A stretch of 63,561 nucleotides of DNA, filler included, from Neolecta irregularis DAH-3 (lineage: Eukaryota), in NCBI GenBank assembly GCA_001929475.1. It is 7 parts of 7 records of this genome, joined end to end, with 100 filler letters (N's around TTAATTAATTAA, not from the genome) between each part and the next. Parts side by side here need not be neighbours in the genome. Positions count along the whole stretch, not along the records: positions 31,497 to 59,965 come from LXFE01003019.1; positions 60,066 to 61,738 come from LXFE01003021.1; 5 more parts are not named here. One strand, 5' to 3'. Every line of letters begins with the position of its first letter. Position 1 is the stretch's first letter. A program made the translations under genes and the position numbers. The notes under the pieces were generated by a model. It was not told the DNA's origin. It did no database searches and saw only the letters and a list, made by a program, of their open reading frames with translations. Below, in pieces: positions 49,602 through 61,738 of the stretch.

Positions 49602-51116
49602 TTATACGCGATGGATTTCGGAGGGTCCTCTCAAGAAATATTCTTCGCGTGTCAAATACGCTCCAATAGAACTCGCAGCATCATTGAATGTCACCTTCCC
49701 GAGTATCTGTCCGCCAAGAAAACAAACCTCCTCAAAAACAGCCTTCTCTTTACCTTCTTTCCACTCAATAAAGTACTCGGGAATTTTCAGTAGTCGAACA
49801 TTACTCGCTTGGCCGGCTTGATTTCCGGACCCTGGATTGACTGGCGTATTAGTGCCATTTGAACCCGATGGCGTTGATATGATACTGAATGGCTGGGGCT
49901 GATGTGCTGTTGACGCAGCAGTATATTGTTTCGACATAAGAGAAAGAAGATGAGGACGAAGACCTTTAACTCGAGCACCGCCGCCACATATTAAAAGGTT
50001 CTCCCACATATCGCCTCGGCGAGTAGGTTCAACTAGACTAACTGCAAGGTGGACTGCTTCGGGGAGACTGGGACATCCTTCGTATCCCTTTTCAAGAATT
50101 TCATGAGTTAGAAAACGTTCTGGACCAACAAGAATGGTCCCTTTAGGCGCTGTAAAACTATTATATTCGAGTTCGATATTAAGCTTTAGGGTTTCATTCA
50201 CTTGCCTTTGTTTCTCGGCTTCTTTCTTGGCGATATATTCTTTTGTTTTTCCAGAAGCAACGACTTCGGCGATATCTTCAACTGGATCTTCGTCGGTTAT
50301 TTCGGCGATGTTTTGTAGGCGTAGTTCAGTTATTCCAGATGTCTTAATCTGTTCCGCCAGGTCGAATGAGACATCAGATATGATTTCGCCGTTCAACTTT
50401 GGTGGATTATCTCGAAGTAACTTTTGTAGATACTGCGTCTGATGAAATCCTCCCAAAGGGATGGAAATTTTTGCATATGGAACGATTAACGAGTCGACAA
50501 TTGGCGTGATATCTATGTATTAATGCGATTTAAAATGAATAATTACCTGTTTTTTCACAACCTATGTCAACAACCAGACCGTGAAGAGATCCACATGCAT
50601 ACAACCCAGCGAGTGATTCTTCATGTATCATAAACGCTGGTAATGCAAAGGCCTCCATGAATATTTTAGTCGCTCGTTCGCGGTCTTCTGGAGACCAAAC
50701 TGAGGGTACTAAAAGCATAACAGGATGGTCCGAGTTGTCTGGAGTGAGAGGATTGGGTAAACCGGCTTTTTCATATAATATGTGCGACCTACAACATGAG
50801 CATGGGGAAAAAGGACAGTAAGACCAAAGGAAAATTAGGGCATCCCAATTTTCTACAAACCCACGTCTTATGGGGCGAATAAGAGCATATGACTTGGCCT
50901 CAGTCAACTCAGACGGGATAAAAAACGATGATGAGCCTGATACTTGACCGACGACAGTGGCGATATGAAACTGAGGAGGAGCCAGGGACTCGCCTAAACC
51001 ATTTGTAACTTTGGTCGTTTGCGATCCAATTTGAATCACCTGATTTTAGATAAGGATGAATGAAGATAAAAGTGATTTACAATTAAGCGATCATCACGGT
51101 ACGAGGATGGAGCCAT
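49602..51116 (-). CDS. ARP9: Actin-related protein 9 (SWI/SNF-RSC), 3 introns
   Basis: YRDDRLIVIQIGSQTT..GLGES, GLVVDIG.EKTDITP, WENLLICGGG, KIPEYF.EWK, FLGGQILGKV. Confidence 0.85.
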
Positions 51117-51561
51117 CGCGAACAATCAAAAATTGATTTTGGGTGGTGAGGACAAATCAGAATCAGTCGGAAATACCCGAAATATGGACCTATGAAAGGA
51201 TTTACTCAAAAGCATACCATATACTATTTGTATGGCGGGGTTCGAGCGCTTTTCTCTTCAATTAAGCAAGAGTACAAAGCTGCAAGGAGAATACAGCGGC
51301 GGAACAAGGACCAATTATTCTCAAAAGAACTGTATAGCTAACGGTTTTGGAATGAGAAATATGCAGAAGGAATGAGAAATGTGCAGAGTTTAGTGTAACT
51401 GGCTATAATTTTCTGTTGGACTATTAATCATAGTTGGAACAAAGGTAATTAATTAGTTTGGTGAGAATGAACCGCAACAATTTCGACGTATGGGAATTTC
51501 CCTCTTACACGTACGTGGCTGCTCGACCCAGTCTCGTACTCATTAAAAAAAACCTGTCAGA

Positions 51562-52577
51562 ATGTCATCTCGTATAGAGACAACCCACAATGTCCCCTCC
51601 ACATATGCGTCACCCTCAGGACTCGAGACCAGCTCACCGGAGAAACCTGCACCTATCGATTCCGCGACACAGCAAGCTTCGGGCGACTCTACAGCTCCTT
51701 CATTATCTCCTATCCTCGAAAATCTGACACCTCACGAGGCAGAAGCTCTATCACAACTTAAAGAATCACAAACATGGAATTCTCTTCTCGCAAAGATCGG
51801 CGAAGAACAACACGAACTGTGGGGCATCCCGATTTCGACTAACTCACCCAAACGGGATGTCGTGCTGATGAAGTTTTTACGAGCACAGTACATCTCTTGC
51901 CAGATCTGACTGACACTTAGCAAGCTAATCGTTCCAAACGCAGTAGAAAACCTCGTTGAAACTTTGAAATGGCGGAGAGATTTTCGCGCGCTCGAAACAA
52001 TTACCGAGCCCCACGCGGAAAAGTTTCAAAAAGTGGGTTTTATTTTTGGAAAGGACCTCAGAGGGCGACCAGTAACCTATAATATCTATAGCGGTCTTGA
52101 TAATAAATCGGTCTATTTCCTACTCAATCTATCTAAACAATAGATATTCGGCGATCTTGATGCATTTTTACGCTGGCGTGTCGGTCTTATGGAACGGGCT
52201 GTTCAAACTCTTGATTTTGAGAAATTAGATCAATTATCTCAGATCCACGACTACCTAGGAACAAGTCTCTTCCGTATGGACGCCGGTACAAAGAAGGCTT
52301 CTCGTTCTGTCATCAAAATCTTTCAGCGCCATTACCCAGAACTTCTTGCCGCCAAGTATTTTGTCAACGTACCAAGAGGTATGGAATTTGTGTTTAGTGT
52401 CGTGAAGCCGTTTCTTTCTGCTGGTATGCTTATACTCGTGTTTAAGCTAAGCTATTAGACACAATCAAGAAGTTTGTCGTCCTCGCAGATTCCAAAAAGC
52501 TGGTTCAGTTTATTCCTGCTGATGAGCTGCCTGAAATATATGGTGGGAAAGGAAAAGTTCACGAGTTATCGCTTTAG
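51562..52577 (+). CDS. SFH5: Sec14/CRAL-TRIO phosphatidylinositol transfer protein Sfh5, 3 introns
   Basis: ELWGIP, KFLRA, TLKWR, VTYNIY, FLRWRVGLME, QIHDY, YPELL..KYFVNVP, LPEIYGG. Confidence 0.88.
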
Positions 52578-52845
52578 AGACCGGTGGCTAATAATTGTTT
52601 TGTGTGATGGGGGAGGCAGTTGTCGTATCAGTCCCTGGTGACAGTGTAGGAAGGAAATAGTGTATAATATTTACCGGGTATATCGTCTCAACTCAAAATC
52701 CATTATTGATACTCACCTCACTTTTGCACCTAGGGTGTCATGAAATGTTCTGCAGATCTCTTTAAGCATATTCTTTGTTTATCTGCATGAATTGAATACA
52801 GAATATATGTTTGACCAAAAGATCCTGAAAATATCTTGATTAGAA

Positions 52846-54353
52846 ATGCTCTGCCGACGATTTTATTCCACAGTCAGACGTAGACCATTAGAAGGCATTC
52901 GCGTCCTTGATCTTTCCAGGGTTCTGGCTGGTCCATATTGCACAGTATCAGGCTTCTGTCCCTTCTTTTCTAATCTCTGAGCAAATTTTGGGAGATCTGG
53001 GGTACTAGATCTTGTGCCATAATGAGAGATTGAAAGCAGAGCTGAGGTTATTAAGATTGAACATCCGGTCCGCGGAGATGATACCCGAGCTTGGGGACCA
53101 CCTTTCTCCAAAAGTGGAGAAAGTGCTTATTACTTATCAGTATCGACCACCCAATGTTTCTGGCAAGGACTAATCATTGCAAAAGGTCAATCGAAATAAG
53201 TATTCACTTGGTGTCGACTTCAAAAAACATGAAGGAAGGCAAATTATACTCGACCTTGTGAAGAAAAGTGACGTTTTTGTGGAGAATTATATACCTGGAA
53301 CAATGGGAAAATATGGATTGAGTTATGAGGACATAAAATCTATCAATCAGGAACTAATCTATGTCTCAATTACAGGAACTTAATCTTTTTTATTCTAATC
53401 GAGAACTCATTGATTCAGGCTATGGTCAAACAGGGCCACTGTCACAAAAACCCGGCTATGATGTCATGGTAGAAGCCGAGTTTGGGTTAATGTCCATAAC
53501 TGTGTGTGAGTTTTGGAAAAGATCTAATCAATTTTCAAGGGACATCCAGATGGAAAGCCCACAAAGGTCGGTGTAGCGATAACAGACTTGACAACTGGAT
53601 TATATGCTGTTAATGCAATCCTAACGGCACTCTTCCACCGCGAGCGAAGTCCATTGCGCGAAGGACAGTACATCGATGTAGCATTGAGCGATTGTCAACT
53701 TGCAAGCCTTACAAATGTAGCAAGCTCCGTGCTTCATGGTGGAACATCACAGAGATGGGGAAATGCTCATGGAAATATTGGTATATATACAACAAAGTCT
53801 ACTGTTAGCCAATCGGTTTAGTACCTTATCAGTCATTCCCTTCATTGGACGGCGAGATTGTGATAGGATGCGGTAACAATATTCAGTTCCAGAAATTTCT
53901 TGCTTTAGTTGGTCGTGAGGATATTGCCAAAGATGAACGATTTTCAACAAACAAGAGCCGTGTGAAACACCGAAATACTTTAGTGCCATTGCTCGAAGGC
54001 ATCACACAATCCAAAACTACTTCAGAATGGGAAATTTTACTGGAGAATACGGGCATTCCGTGTGCTCCCATCAAGTATTTTCACGTTGAAGTAGTTTATT
54101 GACTTTCAGTGACGTTAAAGCTTCACTTGAACATCCTCATTCATTGTCTCGTAATATGGTGCAGGATCATGGAAATAAAGATACCGGAGAGATGAGGCTA
54201 ATCGGGCATCCCATCAAATATATTACTTTGGACGTTGGTATCAAAAAGAGACCACCCATGTTGGGCGAAGATAGCTCGGATGTGTTATCTCGAATATTGG
54301 GGAAGAATAAAGATCAGATAGCTCGACTGAAGCATGATGGAGTAATCATGTAG
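52846..54353 (+). CDS. CaiB/BaiF family III CoA-transferase (SUGCT-like, probably mitochondrial), 7 introns
   Basis: [70 protein letters not shown]. Confidence 0.92.
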
Positions 54354-54547
54354 TTTTTATTAAATATTATGACATGAGTCAACAGGGATAATCATTGGCA
54401 TCAATCAGAAACACTCAGACATGGATGAAATACGAGGACTTTGAAAAAGCATCACTTATTGTATGACTGGTGCCTACTATAGTATATGAAATTATTATTA
54501 TAAGAGGAAAGTCCGATGAGTATTAGCATTGAAGGAAAAATGGACAA

Positions 54548-56367
54548 TTATTCTTTCCCGATATCTTTGAGATACTCAATTGAAAGCTTCTCGATGCTCT
54601 GAGGTGGGTTCTCCCTTGTTGGAGGCGCGGCTTGATCCGTGAAGAGCTTGTCCTGATAGTAAGTTTCAAGATAGTAAATATCATATCATACCATCTCTTC
54701 AAGGGTCTTTCCTTTGGTCTCCGGGAAGAAAAGAAAGACAGTGGTTGCAGAAACAACATTTAAGACAACAAACAAAAGGTAGTATCGTGATTTCGCTATC
54801 TCATGAGTGAAAGCAGAAAGTCGAGTGCTTGCAATGCTCCAGGCCAGGTGGAGAGACCTGAGCGAACAGAACGTTAAAAGCCCAGTTACTCATAGTTGAT
54901 ATTGCATTTCCCTTTGCTCTAGTTGATGCTCAGTGCTGTCGTCTAGGACTTGGGAGAACACACCGGATTCTGAAAGGAAATATTTCGGCAACATAAACCC
55001 AGCTGACTGGACCCCAGCTTAAACTGAAGATGATACTTGCAAGCCAGATCATCGCCAGTCCTGTTGACTGTGCATTTTTGTTCGTCGCTACTCCATCTCG
55101 AGGTTCATATTTAGTGTTAACAATACATTCGATCAATAGTACAGTAGCGAGTCCCAATGAACCATATATCAGTGGTCGTTTACGACCAAATCTGTCAATG
55201 ATGCATGTAATAAAGAAGAAATTCGCGATAGGTCCAACTACGCCGTAGATGGATTGAAGGAGGAAAATCTTGTGGCCTGTATACCCAAGGATCTTGTACA
55301 TTATGGGACCATAGTAATTAATGCTTCATGGATCTCAGAAGACAGAATGATGAGAAAACTTACACATTAATTCCAGTACATTGACTGAAAATCTGTGTTA
55401 AACAGCCGAGAGCAAGGTAAGGGCGATATGTTTTCTGCAGTAGAAGGTCTTTTAAAGACACCTGAACAAGGCGTTCTGATTGAATCTGGTGACTAATCTC
55501 AGAGTATTCTAAGAACCTTAACATGTATTTTATTAAAGGATGTACCAAGATTGATCCAGTCATCATTTTTCCCATCATAGTGCAATCGTCTTAGAACTTG
55601 TTTTGCTTCATCGCCACGGTTCATTTTAACAAGATAGCGGGGGGATTCCGGAAGAAAAAAGGTGAATACAATGAGCATTATTGAAAAACAACCTATGATA
55701 TCGGGTCTTTTCCATAGAAACAAGTATATTACATTGCACGGCTAACGGAAATCGCCATTGGAATGCAGATCCTTTAACATGAGCGCTTCCATAGCCAACC
55801 CTGTGTCTGTTAAATCTTTCAGGCATTCAAATTTGTACCAGTTCGAAGCAATAAATCCCAATCCAATCATCTGTTGTTGTAGGCCTGAAAGAAAGCCACG
55901 ATGCTTTGGAGGGCTAATTTCCGCTTGATACATTGGTACAATCATGCTTAATTGGCCGATAGAAAACCCAGCAATCAAACGACCGAATAGTATCATCACA
56001 AAATTCTGTCCAGAAGCTTGTAGCGCGCATCCATTTGCTGCTACTTAGTCCAGGCCCCCTGAAATGAAGACATGCTGCAAATCACCGCACCAATGAAGAT
56101 TGTCCTGACTCTTCCGTAACGATCTGCTAACCATCCTGCCATAGCAGCTCCAAAGAAGGCTCCTGCTGCAAATACAGAGACAATTCCACCTTCCTGTGAG
56201 GAAGAGAGATTAAACTTGGATATAAAAGTCTCCTGCACCAACGTTTCAGAGATAACTCCCGAATCGTAGCCGAACAGAAAACCACCAACGGCAGCCGCGA
56301 GGGCGCAAATGATTGTAATGACCAGACTGAGACTGGTCAATGCATGCTTGAAGATTGTATACCCCAT
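54548..56367 (-). CDS. MFS sugar porter, 8 introns
   Basis: GGFLFGYDSGVIS, DRYGR, YQAEISPPKHRG, PESPRYL, SWGPVSWVYVAEIFP, PETKGKTLEEMD. Confidence 0.93.
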
Positions 56368-57215
56368 AACTGTTGCTGAAAGGAAATTCCGTATCTCGGA
56401 TAGAGATACATGGCAGTATTTAACCTAATCTCAGTTAGAGTGATAGTTGGGCCGCCGTCCCAGACTATGCCCTCAATCCCGAAGTGAATACAATAACACA
56501 AACAGATAGAGTGGATCAAGGATATCGGGTATAGTTTGATATCCTCATGATCAGAATTTGGATTGAATCGGTTAATTATTGGATTGGAAGCAGAAGAAAG
56601 ACAAAGAAACCGTCACCTCTGGCAAAGCCATCATCTCCGTAAATATACCCCTTTCTGATGAGATTTACTACTGATTCGGGTGCCAGATAGCTTTGATCCA
56701 TTCCAATGGGTTCCCTAATGTGATTTTAGAAATATTAGAGCATAGAAGAAGGTGGAACTAATGTTCAGACCGACCCGTCCGGCAGGCGATTGGACACACT
56801 GCTAGATGTTGTGAATGCAACCAACCCCGTGATATAATTACAGCAAATCAGATGGTCCCCCTAAGCATACCCGCTAATTTGACCACGTACTCGATGCTTT
56901 CTTCCAATATATTTCCCATTGAACACAGGGTTTGAATAGCGAATGACCTCTTTACAGTCATACTCGGACATAAATACCCGAAATTTACTGCCGTGGAAGC
57001 GACTATCTAAACATGTATAATATTTGCCAAAAGACCAAAATATTACCCCGTACAAATAGGCTTTGTCGGAAACCTTGCAGTCTCGATAGAAAGAAAAATA
57101 AGAAAACAGCAAGCAATTGAGGAGCAAAGCATTTATGCAGCTAATGCACTGGCCCGTGGTCCCTCTACGACTCAAAAGCGAGGGAATCTCCTCAGTATGC
57201 TGATCGCAGTTTATT

Positions 57216-59614
57216 ATGAAATTTTCGAACGGTCGCTGGATGTTGGCTGAAGGAACAGAGATCGACTATGCCACTGAGGTTATAAAACTCGAAAAGACAG
57301 ATTCTTCGATACGAGGATTATTGGCTACGCGACATATCCGAAATCGTGGTGATACATTGAACTCTGGGACCATTACGCTGGATATTGAGAGTCGATGGAG
57401 TAACATCGTAAAGATCAGTGCTACCCACTGGGATGGAAAGCTGAATCATGGGCCAAACTTTGAACTTTTCCCTGATGGGGAACCCGACAGAAGAGTTGTC
57501 TCAGTATATTCAACAGACACCGTCGCATCTCTCGAATCAGAAGAGCTTAGGGTAGATCTGAGGTTAAAACCAAATGGCTTCGGCTTAGACTTCAGTGGAG
57601 GCGGGAAACCGTTGACAGCCATGGGCTTCCGATCGCTCTGCTACATCAAAAAACATCCCAGCAGTTTCCCTTATCTCCTAACTATGCTCGATCTCGACGT
57701 AGGTGAGACAGTATATGGTTTAGGCGAGAGATTCGGACCTTTCGTTAAAAATGGTCAGGAAATTGAAATATGGAACCGTGACGGCGGCACGAGCTCAGAA
57801 CAAGCGTACAAGAACGTCTCGTTCTACATGACATCCAACGGCTACGGTGTCTTCGTAAACACCCCCGAGAAAATTTACTTTCAGGTTCAAAATGAACGAG
57901 TTACAAGAGTTCAATTCAGCGTTCCAAATGAAAAAGTTGAATGGTTCCTCATTTATGGACCGACTCCCAAAGAGGTGTGCTTTCCGAAACTCCAATTCTA
58001 TAATGTGTCTTATTGCACAGATTCTCCAAAAGTACACTGTTATTACTGGAAGGCCACAGATACCTCCGACTTGGTCATTTGGCCTCTGGTTATCTACGAG
58101 CTTCACAACCCGTTACGATGAGACCACTGTGTCTGAGATCCTCTCAAAAATGGAAGATCACAATCTTCCGCTCCACACATTTCATTTTGATTGTTTCTGG
58201 ATGAAGGTACTTTTCCTATCATCGCACCCTGAGAAGGACAGCGTTACCAGTGGTGCGATTTTCAGTTCGACACGGATACATTCCCTGATGCGGCCGGCCA
58301 AATCGCACGGATGAAAGTGCGGGGGCTCAAGATCTGCGTTTGGATTAATTCTTACATTGCCCAAGAATCAGAAATGTTCGTCCAAGGCCGAGATAAAGGG
58401 TACTTGTTAAAGCGGAAGAATGGGGATATCTGGCAATGCGATTTGTGGCAAGCCGGCATGGGTATCGTAGATTTCACGAATCCTGAGGCGATAAAATGGT
58501 TTCTTGGAAAACTGGAGAAGTTGCTAGACATGGGCATTGATTCATTCAAGGTACCCCCTAAATTCCGCGCTATATTCATGCATAGACCGATTTTGGAGAA
58601 CGAATACCGACTGAAGATGTAGTTTGGCATGATGGCTCGTGTCCCCTAAAAATGCATAATTACTATTCAATAATATACAACAAATTCGTCTTTGGGCTTC
58701 TCCAATCGCGTAATCCGCAAGCTTGTCTCTTCGCCCGCTCGTCAGCAGCTGGAGGCCAGCGATTCCCAGTACATTGGGGCGGAGACTGCGAAAGCACTTT
58801 TGTCGCGATGGCTGAGACGCTTCGGGGCGGTCTAAGCCTAGGTTTATCGGGGTTTGCGTTCTGGAGCCACGATATTGGAGGATTCGAAGGTAATCCGGAT
58901 CCTGATGTTTATAAACGATGGATTGCATTTGGACTTTTAAGTAGTCATTCCAGACTTCATGGTTCAGATAGTTTTCGGGTACCTTGGGCTTTTGATGAGG
59001 AAAGCGTCGATGTTCTTCGGACGTTCATAAATTTGAAATGTCGACTCATTCCGTATATTCTGTTTGCCGCAAGGCAGGCTAGAGTTTTTGGGACACCGGT
59101 GATTCGGGCAATGTTGTTGGAGTTCCCGGGTGATCAGACAGCGCGGTACTGCGACCGACAATTCATGCTGGGAGAATCTCTTCTGATAGCACCTATTTTT
59201 AACTCAGAGGGTGATGTTCATTATTATGTCCCTGAGGGTAAATGGATTGGCCTAGTCGATGGAAAAGAGCGGATTGGTCCTAGCTGGGTTCAGGAAAGAC
59301 ATGGAACGCTCAGTATTCCGATTTTACTCCGACCCGGCCATACCCTAGTTCTCGGAAAGAGCGAATCACAGGTAGAATACGATTATCTTGATGGGTTTAC
59401 AATTGCAACCAACTGCATTTCATCGAATGTCACTGTTGAGATACCAGATTCAGCAGATCCGATGAAGTCACTCGGCTCAATTTCGTTTCAAAGAAACAAT
59501 GATAAGCTTTACCTCGCTAGCCATGGAATTTCGAGTCCCTGGAAGATGAAGCTTCTTGAAACAGGATTAGAAATCGAGATATTCGGGGCTAAGACTGTTG
59601 TTGCGCTTGAGTAA
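57216..59614 (+). CDS. GH31 alpha-xylosidase (YicI-type), no signal peptide, 3 introns
   Basis: MKFSNGRW, YGLGERFGPFVKNGQ, DGGTSSEQAYKN, WSFGLWLSTSFT, HFDCFWMK, FKTDFGERIP, HWGGDC, WSHDIGGFEG, LSSHSRLHGS. Confidence 0.93.
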
Positions 59615-60065
59615 CCATTTGAGTATTCTTGCCCGAAAGCCGCTAATCATCTGTATTGCGGTGTTTCCATAATGATGCTAATACATCTGCTTTATAACAT
59701 GATTATATGGTGACCTCTAGGTTATGTAATTTTTCCTCCCGATAGATTCCGCCATGCATTCTCCATTCAGACAAAGGCGTAATTCTACTTTATCCGTGCT
59801 TGGGTATTTATCAGTGTATCATATATACTAAAGATCAACCTTCACAAAAGGAATCTTAAGCAGTGTGGCCAACCGCCCGCCCTAACGGATGAGGAGGGCA
59901 GGCGATAATGGGCAAGGAGGACGGGGCAGTAATTGGCAGGAGAGCGAGAGGAAGTGAGTAGGGGANNNNNNNNNNNNNNNNNNNNNNNNNNNNNNNNNNN
60001 NNNNNNNNNTTAATTAATTAANNNNNNNNNNNNNNNNNNNNNNNNNNNNNNNNNNNNNNNNNNNN

Positions 60066-60233
60066 CCGCCGCCGCCGCCTGCCGCCCGCCTGCCCCGCGA
60101 CCTCGCCGCCCTGCTCGCCGCCTATGACGCCGCCCCCGCAGACGTCGCCGGCCCCGCAGACGTCGCCGGCCACGGCTCTTCTGCCGAGGACGACTTTTTC
60201 GAGATCGACGACCCGGAGGACGCCCATAGCTAG
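60066..60233 (+). CDS. 3' end of an unidentified GC-rich gene emerging from a gap
   Basis: Open frame PPPPPAARLPRDLAALLAAYD..EDDFFEIDDPEDAHS* with strong G/C bias at third codon positions. Confidence 0.5.
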   Translation, partial: PPPPPAARLPRDLAALLAAYDAAPADVAGPADVAGHGSSAEDDFFEIDDPEDAHS

Positions 60234-60265
60234 ATATATGCGTTGTGTATGCTGTCTGCTTCTGC

Positions 60266-60560
60266 TGTACTGCATGTCTATTCGGCTGTACTGCCTCTGT
60301 CATTTGGCTACTACTGTACTGTACTGCACTGCCTCTGTCATTCAGCTACTGCACTGTACTCACTTCGTCATTCGGCTGCTACTGCACTGCACTGTACTGC
60401 CTCTGTCATTCGGCTCTACTACTGCACTGCCTCTGTCATTCGGCTACTGCACTGCTGCTCTCTCCTAGCTACTTCCTGCCAGACCTANNNNNNNNNNCGT
60501 CATTCAGCTACTGCACGCTGCACTGCCTCTGTCATTCGGCTACTGCACTGCTGCTCTCTC
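60266..60560. repeat. Imperfect tandem repeat, unit about 25 bp (CTACTGCACTGCCTCTGTCATTCGG)
   Basis: About six units visible; part of the array is duplicated around a 10-N gap. Confidence 0.8.
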
Positions 60561-60564
60561 CTAG

Positions 60565-60850
60565 CTACTTCCTGCCAGACCTACTGTCAGCCCGCCCGCC
60601 CCGCCCCATACTTCTTGATCCCGGCCCCGCCTGCCCGTCAGCCCCGCAACATGCCCACGTACCCAGCGGCCCGCCCTTGAGCGCCCGCGCCCGCGCTTCA
60701 GCAAGCGCCTTCTCGTCCTCCCGCGCCTTCTGCATCCGCGCAACGTCCTCCGCATCAAACTCGCTCCGCTCCTTCTTCGGCTTTTTCAGCGGCTTGGCTT
60801 TGCCTCCTTGGCGGCTCTACTCTCAGCCCCCTCCCGCGTGGACATACCAT
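60565..60850 (-). CDS. TMA7: Translation machinery-associated protein 7 (63 aa), 3 introns (60817-60847, 60631-60662, 60581-60611)
   Basis: Spliced product MSRQGGKAKPLKKPKKERSEFDAEDVARMQKAREDEKALAEARARALKGGPLGGAGIKKSGRK*. Not present in the ORF track. Confidence 0.9.
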
Positions 60851-61001
60851 GGTGTGGGTGGTGGCTCGCCCAACCTCCCTCTTCCCTCCCTCCTCCCCCA
60901 CCGCACCTCCTCTCTCCCCAGAGACCCGCAACACTCTGACAGTACCAAATCACTGTCTTGTTCTCAATCCTTATTTACACACTCGCAGTGTTCTTTGCTT
61001 C

Positions 61002-61738
61002 ATGACTCGATCCGGCTCGTCCTCCCCAGACGAAGGCGAAATCATCGAACACGACTCCTTTGCCCACAAACGCCTTATCCATGACGACAACCACAGACCA
61101 CAAAAGCGCAGAAGAAAATCAACCCGTGACCGCAGACAACATCGTGTCGTCTACGAACCCCGCATGAATGACAAACACGGAAAGATCCATAGGTATCCTG
61201 TCCATTACCGCTGCTAATCCTAGCAATGTATCAATCAAAGATCCTCTATCAAATGTGACAAAATCTGCGAATCCAGACTTGAAAGCTGAAAATCCAGATT
61301 TGAAAGGAAATCCAGATAAGCCAGACATGAATCCACATTCGATGCCAGATTTGAATCCACATTTGATGCAAGCTTCCAAGGAAAATCCAAATGTCATAAC
61401 ATCTCAAAATCCAGATTTGAAAGCTGATATGACTTTGAATTCAGACATAACAGATCCAAAAGATCTAGATCTAGACGAGGATGCTCTCATTGAAAAACGC
61501 CGCCTCCGACGTGAGGCTATTCTAGCAAAATACAAATCTCTCTCTTCCGTCCCCGCATCGCCCAAACTGGACCCCTTTACTGGTTAGTCTCCACTATACC
61601 ATTCTCACTCTAGAAAACGCTACTTTTTCTCTCGCAAAACCAGCTGCCCAAGTTGACCCCGTCGACATCGAAGAAGGTCCCTCGGCCGCAGACTATGACC
61701 CCATCAACGACCGCAAACTCGACGAAAAACACAGAGAA
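61002..61738 (+). CDS. PRP4: N-terminal part of Prp4 splicing kinase (truncated by gap), 2 introns
   Basis: SPDEGEI, DEDALIEKRRLRREAILAKYK and EGPSAADYDP match fungal Prp4 kinase N-termini; the kinase domain is not visible. Confidence 0.7.

Noticed and set aside
60266-60560. Repeat array as CRISPR-like
   Set aside because: Eukaryotic context, no unique spacers and no cas genes; a simple minisatellite partly inflated by a gap overlap.
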